From NCBI GenBank assembly GCA_020057295.1, contig JAGVGF010000003.1:128001-192000 (forward strand): 64,000 nucleotides of DNA, read 5' to 3'. Below are positions 19,587 through 28,920 of this stretch, one piece after another. Source of the DNA: an archaeon. Lineage in GTDB: Archaea; Nanobdellota; Nanobdellia; Woesearchaeales; UBA9642. Every line of letters starts with the position of its first letter. Within the stretch, counting starts at the first letter, position 1. The notes beneath the pieces are model-generated. The model did not search any database. It saw only the letters and a list, made by a program, of their open reading frames with translations, and was not told the DNA's origin. A program made the translations under genes and the position numbers.

Positions 19587-20867
19587 ATGCCCGATAAATC
19601 TAACAAACCTAAAACTAAACGTTTGAAACTTGATCAAAATAGTTCACTATTAGATATTGCTAAAAATGTTAAAAAATTAGATATTACTAAGATTAATTTG
19701 TCCGATATTAAAAAAGAAAAGAATATTGGTTTTGAAATAACACATAAAGATACAAATTCTAAAGCAAGAATTGGTCTATTAAAGACTGTTCACGGAGATT
19801 TTGAAACTCCTTACTTTATGGCTGTTGCAACAAAAGCGACTGGAAAATATATTGGACCAGATGACTATAATACGTGTACTGAAGGAATTATTTGCAACGC
19901 GTTAGTGTTATCCTTAAGACCAGGAAGTTCTCAAATCAAGAAATTTGGTGGAATTCATAAATTTATGAATTATGATAAGCCCGTATTTACAGACTGTGGT
20001 GGTTTTCAAATGGTTAGAGAAAGTTTTATGCAAGACCGATCAAAAAAAGGAATACATTTCAAAAGTCCTTTTGACGGAAAACGTTTTGTTCTAACTCCTG
20101 AAAAAATTATGAATATAGAAACAGATATTGGTGCTGATTGTATAATGATGCTTGATGATCTTGCTCCTTACGGTTCTACTAAAGAAGAATTTGAAAGATC
20201 TGTAGAAAATACACATAATTGGGGAACGCATTCACTGATATTACACAGCAATCCTGATCAATTCTTATACGGGATAGTTCAGGGTGGATTTTTTAAGGAT
20301 TTAAGAGAAAAAAGTGCAAAATATATTGGATCATTGCCATTTGATGGACTTGCAATAGGCGGAGTAGCTATTGGAGAGACTCGTGAAGAAATGTATGATG
20401 CAATACATGCAGCAGTTCCTTTTCTTCCAGAAAATAAGCCTAAACATTTGCTTGGTGTCGGAAGTCCAGATGATATTGTTGAATGCGTTTCTTTGGGGAT
20501 GGATACTTTTGATTCAATATTTCCTACACAAAATGCTAGGCATGGAACAATATTTACATGGGATGGAAGATTAGATTTGATGAGTGCACAATTTGAATCT
20601 GATGAGAATTCTATAGATGCAAATTGTACATGTTTAACATGTAAAACTTACACAAGAGCTTACATAAGACATTTGCTAAAACTAGGTGAAGGATCTGGTA
20701 GAAGATATGCTCAAATACATAATCTACAATTTATGAAAGATTTAATGCAGAAAATCAGATTGAGCATTAAAGATGGAACGTTTATTGATTTGAAAACAGA
20801 TATTATAAAAAAATATCGAAAGAATATAGATCCAAAAAATTTAATCGGCGTAAAAGTTAAAAGATAG
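19587..20867 (+). CDS. tgt: tRNA-guanine transglycosylase, bacterial (queuosine-34) type
   Basis: TDCGGFQ, FKSPFDG, GIVQGG, AIGG, LGVG, FDSIFPTQNARHG, Zn site CxCxxC...H; no archaeosine-type C-terminal PUA extension. Confidence 0.92.
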   Translation: MPDKSNKPKTKRLKLDQNSSLLDIAKNVKKLDITKINLSDIKKEKNIGFEITHKDTNSKARIGLLKTVHGDFETPYFMAVATKATGKYIGPDDYNTCTEGIICNALVLSLRPGSSQIKKFGGIHKFMNYDKPVFTDCGGFQMVRESFMQDRSKKGIHFKSPFDGKRFVLTPEKIMNIETDIGADCIMMLDDLAPYGSTKEEFERSVENTHNWGTHSLILHSNPDQFLYGIVQGGFFKDLREKSAKYIGSLPFDGLAIGGVAIGETREEMYDAIHAAVPFLPENKPKHLLGVGSPDDIVECVSLGMDTFDSIFPTQNARHGTIFTWDGRLDLMSAQFESDENSIDANCTCLTCKTYTRAYIRHLLKLGEGSGRRYAQIHNLQFMKDLMQKIRLSIKDGTFIDLKTDIIKKYRKNIDPKNLIGVKVKR

Positions 20868-20915
20868 ATTTTTCTTAAGCAAAACCTTTATTAATTAGTC
20901 GTATTAAGATTTACC

Positions 20916-21764
20916 ATGTCAATTTTAAATTGGGTTCAATCATTTGGTATAGATAAAGAAAAGGATGCAATTATAGCATCATTTGATGCATATAAACAGT
21001 TGAGTGTGAGTGTTGCAGCGAAAAACCGTTCACTAAATGAAGTTAAAAAAATATTTTATTTAAGCAGAACGCATAACTCTAAGAAGAATGTTGAAGAATT
21101 AAATCAATTATTTTTACAATTTAAGTTAAACTTGTATAGTCAAATGGATTATATCTCTTTATTAAACGCTTCTATGCATGATCATATTAACGCATTCCAT
21201 AATTACGAACATAATGGTTCACATTTATTGTTTAGAGTATATAATGATATTCATGGAGGATTAGTTAATATTAGTTCAGAATTGACAACATTATTAGCAC
21301 TTTTAGATTCAGAAAAATATATTCCTTCATTAGATCAAATCATTAATTCTGATATATTCATTAAATTATTTAATGAGGAACGTCAAGTGTATAAACGTAT
21401 TAATAAATATATTTCTGCAATGATTGAGTCTGTTGCTGAATTAGATAATACTTGGACTGTAGCGATTGATGATGCAAAGAATGTTATGGATACATCCGCA
21501 TGGCTTGGCGCACTAACGGGTTTAATCAGTTCGGTTGTTTTTGCAGAATTACTAGTGTCTGTGATTTCAGATGAAGCATTATACAAGGGAGCAACTCTTG
21601 TATGTATTGGTGTCGGAGCAAAAGCGATAGCCTTATTGAAAAATAGCGATTTGAATAAACATCCTGTAACTTCAATGCTTAAGAATGATAGAAAAATTTT
21701 AGAAGAAACTTTACAGAAGGCTACAACATTAAATCAGAAGTGGCAAGAAATTTCTAAACAATAA
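20916..21764 (+). CDS. Hypothetical helical protein with C-terminal hydrophobic hairpin
   Basis: 282-aa ORF with two hydrophobic segments near the C-terminus. Confidence 0.65.
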   Translation: MSILNWVQSFGIDKEKDAIIASFDAYKQLSVSVAAKNRSLNEVKKIFYLSRTHNSKKNVEELNQLFLQFKLNLYSQMDYISLLNASMHDHINAFHNYEHNGSHLLFRVYNDIHGGLVNISSELTTLLALLDSEKYIPSLDQIINSDIFIKLFNEERQVYKRINKYISAMIESVAELDNTWTVAIDDAKNVMDTSAWLGALTGLISSVVFAELLVSVISDEALYKGATLVCIGVGAKAIALLKNSDLNKHPVTSMLKNDRKILEETLQKATTLNQKWQEISKQ

Positions 21765-21765
21765 T

Positions 21766-22509
21766 CTATTTTATCTTCTTAAAAAATCCCATTAATGCAT
21801 AGGATTCTCTTTTGCTTAGAAATGATTTATTAATCATCTTTTTCCATACTATTCTTTGCGTATCTTTCTTTTTTTCGTTTAGAAAATGCATTTTATCCAT
21901 TGTTTCATCAAGTAATTTCATTAATTGTTTTTTTTCTGGTTCGCTTATAGGATTGATGTGTGAAATTATGCTTTCTTCACTAATTTTTTTAAATATTTCA
22001 TAAAGTATTATTGTTGTTGCATGACTCAAATTCATTGTACCATATTTTTTACTCGTAGGAATTGTTACACTAAAATCCATTAATTCTATTTCTTCATTAT
22101 TTAATCCAGATCCCTCTCTCCCCATTACAATTCCAATATCGATATTTTTCTTTTTACTTTTCTTGCTTGTGTTTATTTCTAGTTCTGATAATCTTTCTGC
22201 TAATTGTATTGGTGTGATAGGACTTCGAAGAACATTATAATCTCTGCCTATTCTTGCTGTTGTTGCTATAAGATAATCAAAATTTTTTCTTAACTTTTTT
22301 AAAATTTTAGAATCATATTTCTTTATGACTTCAATATTATCAACTAAATCGTTAGCCCATTTTGCTCTATTTCTAAGATCTTGCGAGTTTGTGTCGAATT
22401 TTGGACCAACTAGTAATAAATTTTCAAAATTAAAATTCTTCATAACTCTACATATGGCTCCAGTATTGCCTGCATTCTCTGGTTCGATTAGTATTACAGT
22501 AACATTCAT
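21766..22509 (-). CDS. trmJ: TrmJ/TrmH-family SPOUT RNA methyltransferase
   Basis: EPENAGNTGAICRVMKNF, GREGSGL.NEE, IP....YGTMNLSHA. Confidence 0.88.
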   Translation of the reverse strand: MNVTVILIEPENAGNTGAICRVMKNFNFENLLLVGPKFDTNSQDLRNRAKWANDLVDNIEVIKKYDSKILKKLRKNFDYLIATTARIGRDYNVLRSPITPIQLAERLSELEINTSKKSKKKNIDIGIVMGREGSGLNNEEIELMDFSVTIPTSKKYGTMNLSHATTIILYEIFKKISEESIISHINPISEPEKKQLMKLLDETMDKMHFLNEKKKDTQRIVWKKMINKSFLSKRESYALMGFFKKIK

Positions 22510-22610
22510 GGTTTTAGTATTAGTTTTGACTTAATAAAGCTTTTTACGTATTCTATGCATGTTTAAACAAAAACCAGAATATTTAAATAAATGGGTGTTT
22601 TTAGAGTGCT

Positions 22611-23522
22611 ATGAAAACGGCACGTAGACGATTAGTTCAACAAGGTGAATCTACATTAATGGTGAGTCTGCCCGCTCCATGGATTAAACTAAACAATCTA
22701 GAGAAAGGTTCTGAAGTTAGTATTGATCCATTAAATTCTGATTTACTAATTAGTGCAAAGAAACAAGATTACAAATCTGAAACTTCCATAAAAATTTTAG
22801 GACACACAGAATCAGCAATAAGAACAATAGTTACAAACACTTATAGAGTAGGTTATGATAGAATACGTGTAGAATATGGAGACAAGAAACAACTTGAAGT
22901 TGTAGAAACTGTCGTAAAAAATATGCTTATTGGTTTTGAAATTGTTTCAAGAGGTCAAGGATACTGCATCATTGAGAATATTACAGAACCATCCGAAGAA
23001 CAATTTGATAATATCTTAAGCAAAATATTCTATAACATTGAAGAATTATTTACGATTACAAAAGAACGTTTAGAGCAAAAAATTCCTGAAGAAAGTTATG
23101 AAGCAATACAAGAAAGATTACAAAAATATGATAATTATTGTAAAAGAATAATATCTAAACAAAAATTTTCAAACAATAAATCAGAATTTTTATGGGCCTT
23201 TTTAGCAATACTTTTACACGCGCACAGAGAATTACATCATTTAAACAAGTTTTTACCGAAAGATTACAAGACATCAGTAGAAGTTAAAGATTTATTTAAT
23301 ATAAATCATGAAATATTTGAGTTAATAAAAAAAGCATACTTCGAAAAAAACACCTCATATCTTGTAAAAGTTCATGAGTTAGAGAAATCAACAATATATG
23401 ACAAAGGATACAAATTACTTCAAATAAAAAAGGGACCTGATGCTGTTGTAATATATCATTTGTTGATTAGCATGAGAGAATTCTATCAATCAAATAGTCC
23501 GTTACATGGGATAATACTTTAG
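22611..23522 (+). CDS. AbrB-domain/PhoU-like regulator
   Basis: N-terminal RRLVQQGESTLMVSLPAPW (AbrB), Y..GYD.I, GFEIV, helical PhoU-like C-terminus. Confidence 0.85.
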   Translation: MKTARRRLVQQGESTLMVSLPAPWIKLNNLEKGSEVSIDPLNSDLLISAKKQDYKSETSIKILGHTESAIRTIVTNTYRVGYDRIRVEYGDKKQLEVVETVVKNMLIGFEIVSRGQGYCIIENITEPSEEQFDNILSKIFYNIEELFTITKERLEQKIPEESYEAIQERLQKYDNYCKRIISKQKFSNNKSEFLWAFLAILLHAHRELHHLNKFLPKDYKTSVEVKDLFNINHEIFELIKKAYFEKNTSYLVKVHELEKSTIYDKGYKLLQIKKGPDAVVIYHLLISMREFYQSNSPLHGIIL

Positions 23523-23547
23523 AATTTTTATGTTCTTATAATTATAA

Positions 23548-25953
23548 TTATTTTTTACCTGTTCCTTCCATCATTTTACGATAATTTTGTGTAACTTCCT
23601 CTCTTTTAATATCTCTCATAATATCCGTTGCTTCTCTTGAATATCTCATTACCTTGCTGGAAAAACTTGTATCAGGTATTATTTTTTCGAATCTACTTAA
23701 ATATTTCATTTCTCCACCCATATCTTGCGATCCTGTAGACTCTCTGCTGATTGGCAAAAATGTTTGATTCAAAATATGTCCATTTTTATAAGCTATAGTT
23801 TGTAATGTTAATTCCTTAGCTGAAGGACCTTTAGGGAAATTAGGTTTAATATCTCTAACATTAGACCATCCATCACATTCATTAAATTTTTCCATATATC
23901 CTATTTCTGGAATTCTTACTACATATTTTATATCTTTATTTACAGTCATGAGACTATAATCTGATTGTCTTCCATCAAATGCTTTAAACTTTATTTCTGG
24001 ATCCCAATAATATGAGTGATTGTCGAATTCTTGTAATGATATCGCTGATGTAGAGTCTTTTAACCCATCACTTCCTATATTATTTAATATTATAGGTATT
24101 GTTTTTCTAATGACTGGTTTATCTTTGCCGTTAAATAAAATTTTTGGTGTGACTTTGTAATCTTGTTCTTTTGATAACCATTCTTTTTGATATAACGTGT
24201 CAACTGTAGGATATAATTCTATTACTAAATTACGAACTGTTCCTTCCGGAACGTTTTCTGGTAATTTTATACCCCAAAGATCTGCATAATATCCATACAT
24301 TCCCATTTCCGGTTGAAAGTCAACATCAACAGGTACTACTGATATATTGTGTATTATATCGCTACTATCAGATGTACTAGGTTCTACTCCCTCAAAATAA
24401 ACTTTACCGGAAAATCTTGTATCAAATCTTAATGATTTGGATATTGGAAGGAAATATGCATGTACATTAACAGACAATCTTGTTCCCTGATTAGCAATAT
24501 AAGCTTTTGGATTTTCCATACTTGATTGATTAGTACTATAAATCATAGTAGATACTCTAAAGAAATTATTTTCTATCTCGTTTGTCTTGTCAACCCAATT
24601 AGATTCGACTTTAAATAATTCAGCAGGTTTTTCACGTAATACTTCATATCCTAAGAATAATTGTGATGCAATCATTGCTGTTCCCAGAGTTCTTGTTGCG
24701 TATCTTTTAGTTTTACTTAACCAATCACTTGTTCCGTGTTTTTTCCAGTCTTTTATGAAATCTTGAGTAGAACTGTATCTATATATTTCGTTAGAACTTA
24801 GTGCTCTCTGTAGTACTTCATTATATTTTCTTGCATGTTTTGGAACTTCGTTGTATAATGCCAACTTTAAAGTGTAATCATAAAGCTCTTTTTTAAATAT
24901 GCCTTTCTCATCGAATAGATTTTCTTCTTTTGTGAATCTTGTTTTCAATATCTTTGCTGTTCCTGTTGATGGATCTATAGAGAATATTTGTTCTCCGACA
25001 AGCATTTCTAAAAAATCTTTTGCAATAGAATATACTTCAGTTTTATCTGTATATGGTAAGGTTATTCCCTTATTTGCTGCTGGAATCATCAAAATATCTG
25101 CTACTTGTGTTGCTCCCATCGTTGCTTGAGGTTTTATTGTAGGATGAGATTTATAACATGCATTTGCAAAATCTGTTACAATCGCTTCTAATTTTTCTGA
25201 ATCTTTCTTTTTCTTGAATACTGATCCGATTTTCTTAATACTGTCTCTTATTTCTTCGTATGCTCCTTTCCATGTGTCTTCATATTTTTTCTCTTCAGGT
25301 CTTCTTAGGTTTGTTATTATATTTCTTAGAGAAAAATCTCTATGATATGTGTCTTTTTGATCGATATATCCTAAAGCATCAAGAATATCAGAACTTAACG
25401 TGTCAAATTCTTTTCTTGTTAATGGTTTATCTTTTAATTCTGGTAACAGTAAATTTATTGAACGATATCCTTCGAAATATTTTTCTGCACTTATGAAATG
25501 TTCTTTTCCAGCATCATCTGTGGTTATCCAAAAATCTAGTACAGGACTTATGTGATGTTTGTATGCTTCCGGCCCTAAATCTACAAGTGTATCGAAATCA
25601 TTTAATGTTGTGCATCCTTGTTCATAATGTATTTTTGCTCTTCTTCCTAATATTTGTTTTCTATCTTTTTTTAAAATTCTTTTTTGTTTTCCTCTATCTT
25701 TTGAACCATAGTCTGCTATGAAGCAAGCTCTTGGTCCTGCTGTGGAAGGAGTTCCTTCTGGAGGAAGATATGTTAAATTATGATATAATTTTTTCCCTTT
25801 TAATTTTTCTTCTTGTCTTAATGCCTTTTCAATAATTAATTGTTCTCCAATTATTTCGTTTGTTAATGGAATTACATTAGGAGATGTTTCTATTAATGCA
25901 CCTTCAGTATTTACCACTAATTCTAAATCCGAAACTTCTTCATGCACGCTCAT
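23548..25953 (-). CDS. Divergent Hanks-type Ser/Thr kinase-like transmembrane protein with uncharacterised C-terminal domain
   Basis: RILKK (beta3 Lys), HRDFSLRN, TDFA, TEVYSIA, subdomain XI R; hydrophobic TLGTAMIASQLFLGY followed by about 360 aa of beta-rich sequence. Confidence 0.8.
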   Translation of the reverse strand: MSVHEEVSDLELVVNTEGALIETSPNVIPLTNEIIGEQLIIEKALRQEEKLKGKKLYHNLTYLPPEGTPSTAGPRACFIADYGSKDRGKQKRILKKDRKQILGRRAKIHYEQGCTTLNDFDTLVDLGPEAYKHHISPVLDFWITTDDAGKEHFISAEKYFEGYRSINLLLPELKDKPLTRKEFDTLSSDILDALGYIDQKDTYHRDFSLRNIITNLRRPEEKKYEDTWKGAYEEIRDSIKKIGSVFKKKKDSEKLEAIVTDFANACYKSHPTIKPQATMGATQVADILMIPAANKGITLPYTDKTEVYSIAKDFLEMLVGEQIFSIDPSTGTAKILKTRFTKEENLFDEKGIFKKELYDYTLKLALYNEVPKHARKYNEVLQRALSSNEIYRYSSTQDFIKDWKKHGTSDWLSKTKRYATRTLGTAMIASQLFLGYEVLREKPAELFKVESNWVDKTNEIENNFFRVSTMIYSTNQSSMENPKAYIANQGTRLSVNVHAYFLPISKSLRFDTRFSGKVYFEGVEPSTSDSSDIIHNISVVPVDVDFQPEMGMYGYYADLWGIKLPENVPEGTVRNLVIELYPTVDTLYQKEWLSKEQDYKVTPKILFNGKDKPVIRKTIPIILNNIGSDGLKDSTSAISLQEFDNHSYYWDPEIKFKAFDGRQSDYSLMTVNKDIKYVVRIPEIGYMEKFNECDGWSNVRDIKPNFPKGPSAKELTLQTIAYKNGHILNQTFLPISRESTGSQDMGGEMKYLSRFEKIIPDTSFSSKVMRYSREATDIMRDIKREEVTQNYRKMMEGTGKK

Positions 25954-26114
25954 GCTGCACCTTCAGGATTTTCAACTTCTCTTAGAATTTCAATTGTAAC
26001 TTTAACCATTGTTCTTGGTTTTAGTTCTTGCTCTAACATTCTGGGTATAACTAGGATTGACTGTTTGCCGTGCTTGGCAATCTTTTTTGTTAATATAAAT
26101 TCTTTTTTTTCCAT
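25950..26114 (-). CDS. Small AbrB/SpoVT-type DNA-binding protein (54 aa)
   Basis: Manual translation MEKKEFILTKKIAKHGKQSILVIPRMLEQELKPRTMVKVTIEILREVENPEGAA; stop overlaps the kinase start (ATGA). Confidence 0.85.
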   Translation of the reverse strand: MEKKEFILTKKIAKHGKQSILVIPRMLEQELKPRTMVKVTIEILREVENPEGAA

Positions 26115-26158
26115 GCTATCCCAACCATGTATAAAAAATTAAGAAAAAAATTATAAAA

Positions 26159-27007
26159 TTATTTGAATGTGTACTTTACTGTGAATCTTTGATTCGTTTG
26201 TGGTTCTAACTTTCCTGATCCCTTGTTTGTGAATGAAGGATTCCATGATATAGACACATTATCGTTCGCCATATATTCTAAATTTCCTTCACCATAACTT
26301 GTTTCAGGTCCATCTTTAGAACTTAAGTTTACTTCGTAAAATCCTGACACTTTCAAACTTGGAGTGACTGTCGCCTCTGCATATACTCCTGTTATGCTTG
26401 TGTTTGGAACTTCTTTTCCGTGTGTATCTATTAATACTGGTGTGAAATATCCTTTTACAAATGAATCTTTAATAGGACTTACACTTAGATGTGCTCCAAC
26501 TCCTATTCTTGCAGGCATTCCTGTTCCGTAGATTAATTGATTGTCAAGACCTACATTTATTCCTGCAACGCTTGTTACATCTTTTGATAAAGTGTTTCTA
26601 CCAAATATCGTAGTTCCACCATTTACATAAAATTCAGTCCAATTATATCCGCTAATATCTGCTGGTAATCCGTAAAAAGTGTTTGTTCTTCCGTATGTAT
26701 GTTCGGGTTTTGTTCCTTGAACCCATTCGAAATTACCTGAATAGTTATCTACAGGTTGAACTGTTGGTGTAGGATTTGTTAAAGTATCTGACTGTGCTTT
26801 GTCTGAAGAATTTTCATTGAAGTATTGTCTTACTTTATTTTCCCACTTAAGTATTTCGTTATTTTGTTCTCTGGTAATTTCTCCTTTGAAAACAGGTCTA
26901 TGTTTCAATAATGCGTCAAATGTTGAATCTGATTTCACTTGCGCGCCAGCTGTATTTATTGCTAAAAATGTTAATAATGCCATTAAACTTGTTTTTATTT
27001 TACTCAT
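26159..27007 (-). CDS. Secreted beta-strand-rich protein, outer-membrane beta-barrel-like
   Basis: Signal peptide ending AGA-Q; alternating amphipathic strands; C-terminus FTVKYTFK. Confidence 0.65.
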   Translation of the reverse strand: MSKIKTSLMALLTFLAINTAGAQVKSDSTFDALLKHRPVFKGEITREQNNEILKWENKVRQYFNENSSDKAQSDTLTNPTPTVQPVDNYSGNFEWVQGTKPEHTYGRTNTFYGLPADISGYNWTEFYVNGGTTIFGRNTLSKDVTSVAGINVGLDNQLIYGTGMPARIGVGAHLSVSPIKDSFVKGYFTPVLIDTHGKEVPNTSITGVYAEATVTPSLKVSGFYEVNLSSKDGPETSYGEGNLEYMANDNVSISWNPSFTNKGSGKLEPQTNQRFTVKYTFK

Positions 27008-27027
27008 ATTATCCCCTCCGCTAAAAT

Positions 27028-27045
27028 TAACTACTATGTAGTAAT
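27028..27045. promoter_or_regulatory. Operator candidate TAACTAC-TAT-GTAGTAAT
   Basis: Near-perfect copy of the palindrome at 32393-32411, between TATA and RBS of the 27007 gene. Confidence 0.6.
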
Positions 27046-27260
27046 ATGTATAAAATATACATATTTATATAGTTTACGGTTTTTACCACTTAGCAATAGT
27101 TAATTAGCTGTTTGTCGTCTATATTTCTTGTCATTTTTGTTGTTAAATTGTGTTTTTTCTTAGTTTAAACATTTATAGAAATATATATAGTTTATACAAA
27201 ATGTTTATATGTTAGATGTGTATTCACTTAGTAGTAATAATTATTTAGGGGGATAGCAAA

Positions 27261-28376
27261 ATGAAAATAACAAATATACTTACTAGCATTGCACTTATGA
27301 GTGCATTAACATTCGGATACAAAGCGAATGCACAGGAAATTACTCCTGTAAAGATTTCTACATCAACAGACATTCAACAAACTAGTCTTAGAAATGGTAT
27401 TAGATTACATAGAACACAACTAGACATGGGAGATGTTACAATAAAGTACGATGCGAAAACAAATCTTAATCCAAGTGTTTCTAAGGATAATTTAAGCGAT
27501 GTCGGTGGAATATATGTTAGCAATATCATAAAGAAAGATAACTTCAATGTAGGAGCAGGATTAACTCAATTAGGAAATTGGGATTCAAAAAGTCAAGCTG
27601 TATTATATGGTTGGGCTGAATTAAATTATGATCAAGTCAAAGTAAAATTGGAAAAAGGACACAGTATAAGAATGACTGCTCCGATGGAATTTGATATAGT
27701 GACTGTATCAAATAGTAAATATTCTGACAATATAAATGCTATAGGCCAAGTATTTTTGATATCCAATAATGGATCAATGTACAATGGAATAGCAGGAAAA
27801 GATGCAAGCGGAAATAATAATAAAGAATTTCACGGATACTTAACTGTTGGAAATAATACTCTTACTGCAACTATAGCTGAAGAGGAAGGTACATCTCATG
27901 TATTAGGTATGGGAAAATATCTTAAAGATGTAGGAGCATTAATGTGGCTTAGAACAGACAGGTCCAAAAGAGATTGGGCATTAAGAGGAAAATTAGGATT
28001 TGGAAATATAGATGAAAAATTCTTCTCATACAACACAATGGTCGGAACTAACGATTTATTCTTACAGCCTCAATTGTATGAAGGACACTTAAGTCCCGGA
28101 ACTACAAGAGGAGATGCATCATTATCATTAACAGCCGTAGGCAATGGAAAGACTACTTCATTAGAATTAGTTCCTGGAATAAGAACTGATGTTGTATGTG
28201 TTGGTGCAGGAACATATACAGAATTCAAAAACAATCAATCAGTTACAGGATTATCTGGCGGAGTATTCAAGAAATTCTCTGTATCAGGACTTGAAGCTAG
28301 TGTTGAAGTAAATTACAAAAGCATCGGTGCAAATAAAGGATTCAATGCATACGTAACAACAAGTTATAAATTTTAA
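27261..28376 (+). CDS. Secreted beta-strand-rich protein, outer-membrane beta-barrel-like
   Basis: Signal peptide ending ANA-Q; Gly/aromatic-rich alternating strands; C-terminus YVTTSYKF. Confidence 0.65.
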   Translation: MKITNILTSIALMSALTFGYKANAQEITPVKISTSTDIQQTSLRNGIRLHRTQLDMGDVTIKYDAKTNLNPSVSKDNLSDVGGIYVSNIIKKDNFNVGAGLTQLGNWDSKSQAVLYGWAELNYDQVKVKLEKGHSIRMTAPMEFDIVTVSNSKYSDNINAIGQVFLISNNGSMYNGIAGKDASGNNNKEFHGYLTVGNNTLTATIAEEEGTSHVLGMGKYLKDVGALMWLRTDRSKRDWALRGKLGFGNIDEKFFSYNTMVGTNDLFLQPQLYEGHLSPGTTRGDASLSLTAVGNGKTTSLELVPGIRTDVVCVGAGTYTEFKNNQSVTGLSGGVFKKFSVSGLEASVEVNYKSIGANKGFNAYVTTSYKF

Positions 28377-28391
28377 TAAGGAGGAATAAAA

Positions 28392-28907
28392 ATGAACTAT
28401 ATAATTCCTCCATCGGAAAATTTTGACAGGAAATATTTGACTGAACTACATCATAATTCAAGATTAATTCTTGTAGATGATGTTGCAAAAAATACGACCG
28501 GTCTTGTAGGAATAGTTTCAAATCCTGTGCGCGTTGGTGGTCTTAGAAGACAACCTATAACGGTGAATTTTCTTGAGGATAAAGAAAAAATTCCGTTATT
28601 AAGTGGAATTGATCAAACTTTTTTTGATATTTCATATTTATTTCAGGGTGTAGACATAGGTTTTGTTGAAGAATCTAGAACTTTTGAAAATAAATTTAAT
28701 GAAATAATTCGCGGAGTATATGATAAGAATCGTGAAAGTATAGTCTGTTTTTACGATGTGCCGAAAACAAGATCTCAGAGAGTATCTGGAATGAAATCTG
28801 TTTATCCATTATATACAAAAGAAGGATGGAAACTTTTAGAACAGTATCAAGAAGAACAGCGAGTTATAAGAGAAGAAGCAGCAATGATGATGGTTCCTCC
28901 ATTCTAA
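28392..28907 (+). CDS. Hypothetical protein
   Basis: AGGAGG RBS; co-oriented with the upstream gene. Confidence 0.7.
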   Translation: MNYIIPPSENFDRKYLTELHHNSRLILVDDVAKNTTGLVGIVSNPVRVGGLRRQPITVNFLEDKEKIPLLSGIDQTFFDISYLFQGVDIGFVEESRTFENKFNEIIRGVYDKNRESIVCFYDVPKTRSQRVSGMKSVYPLYTKEGWKLLEQYQEEQRVIREEAAMMMVPPF

Positions 28908-28920
28908 GGTGAAATAATCT

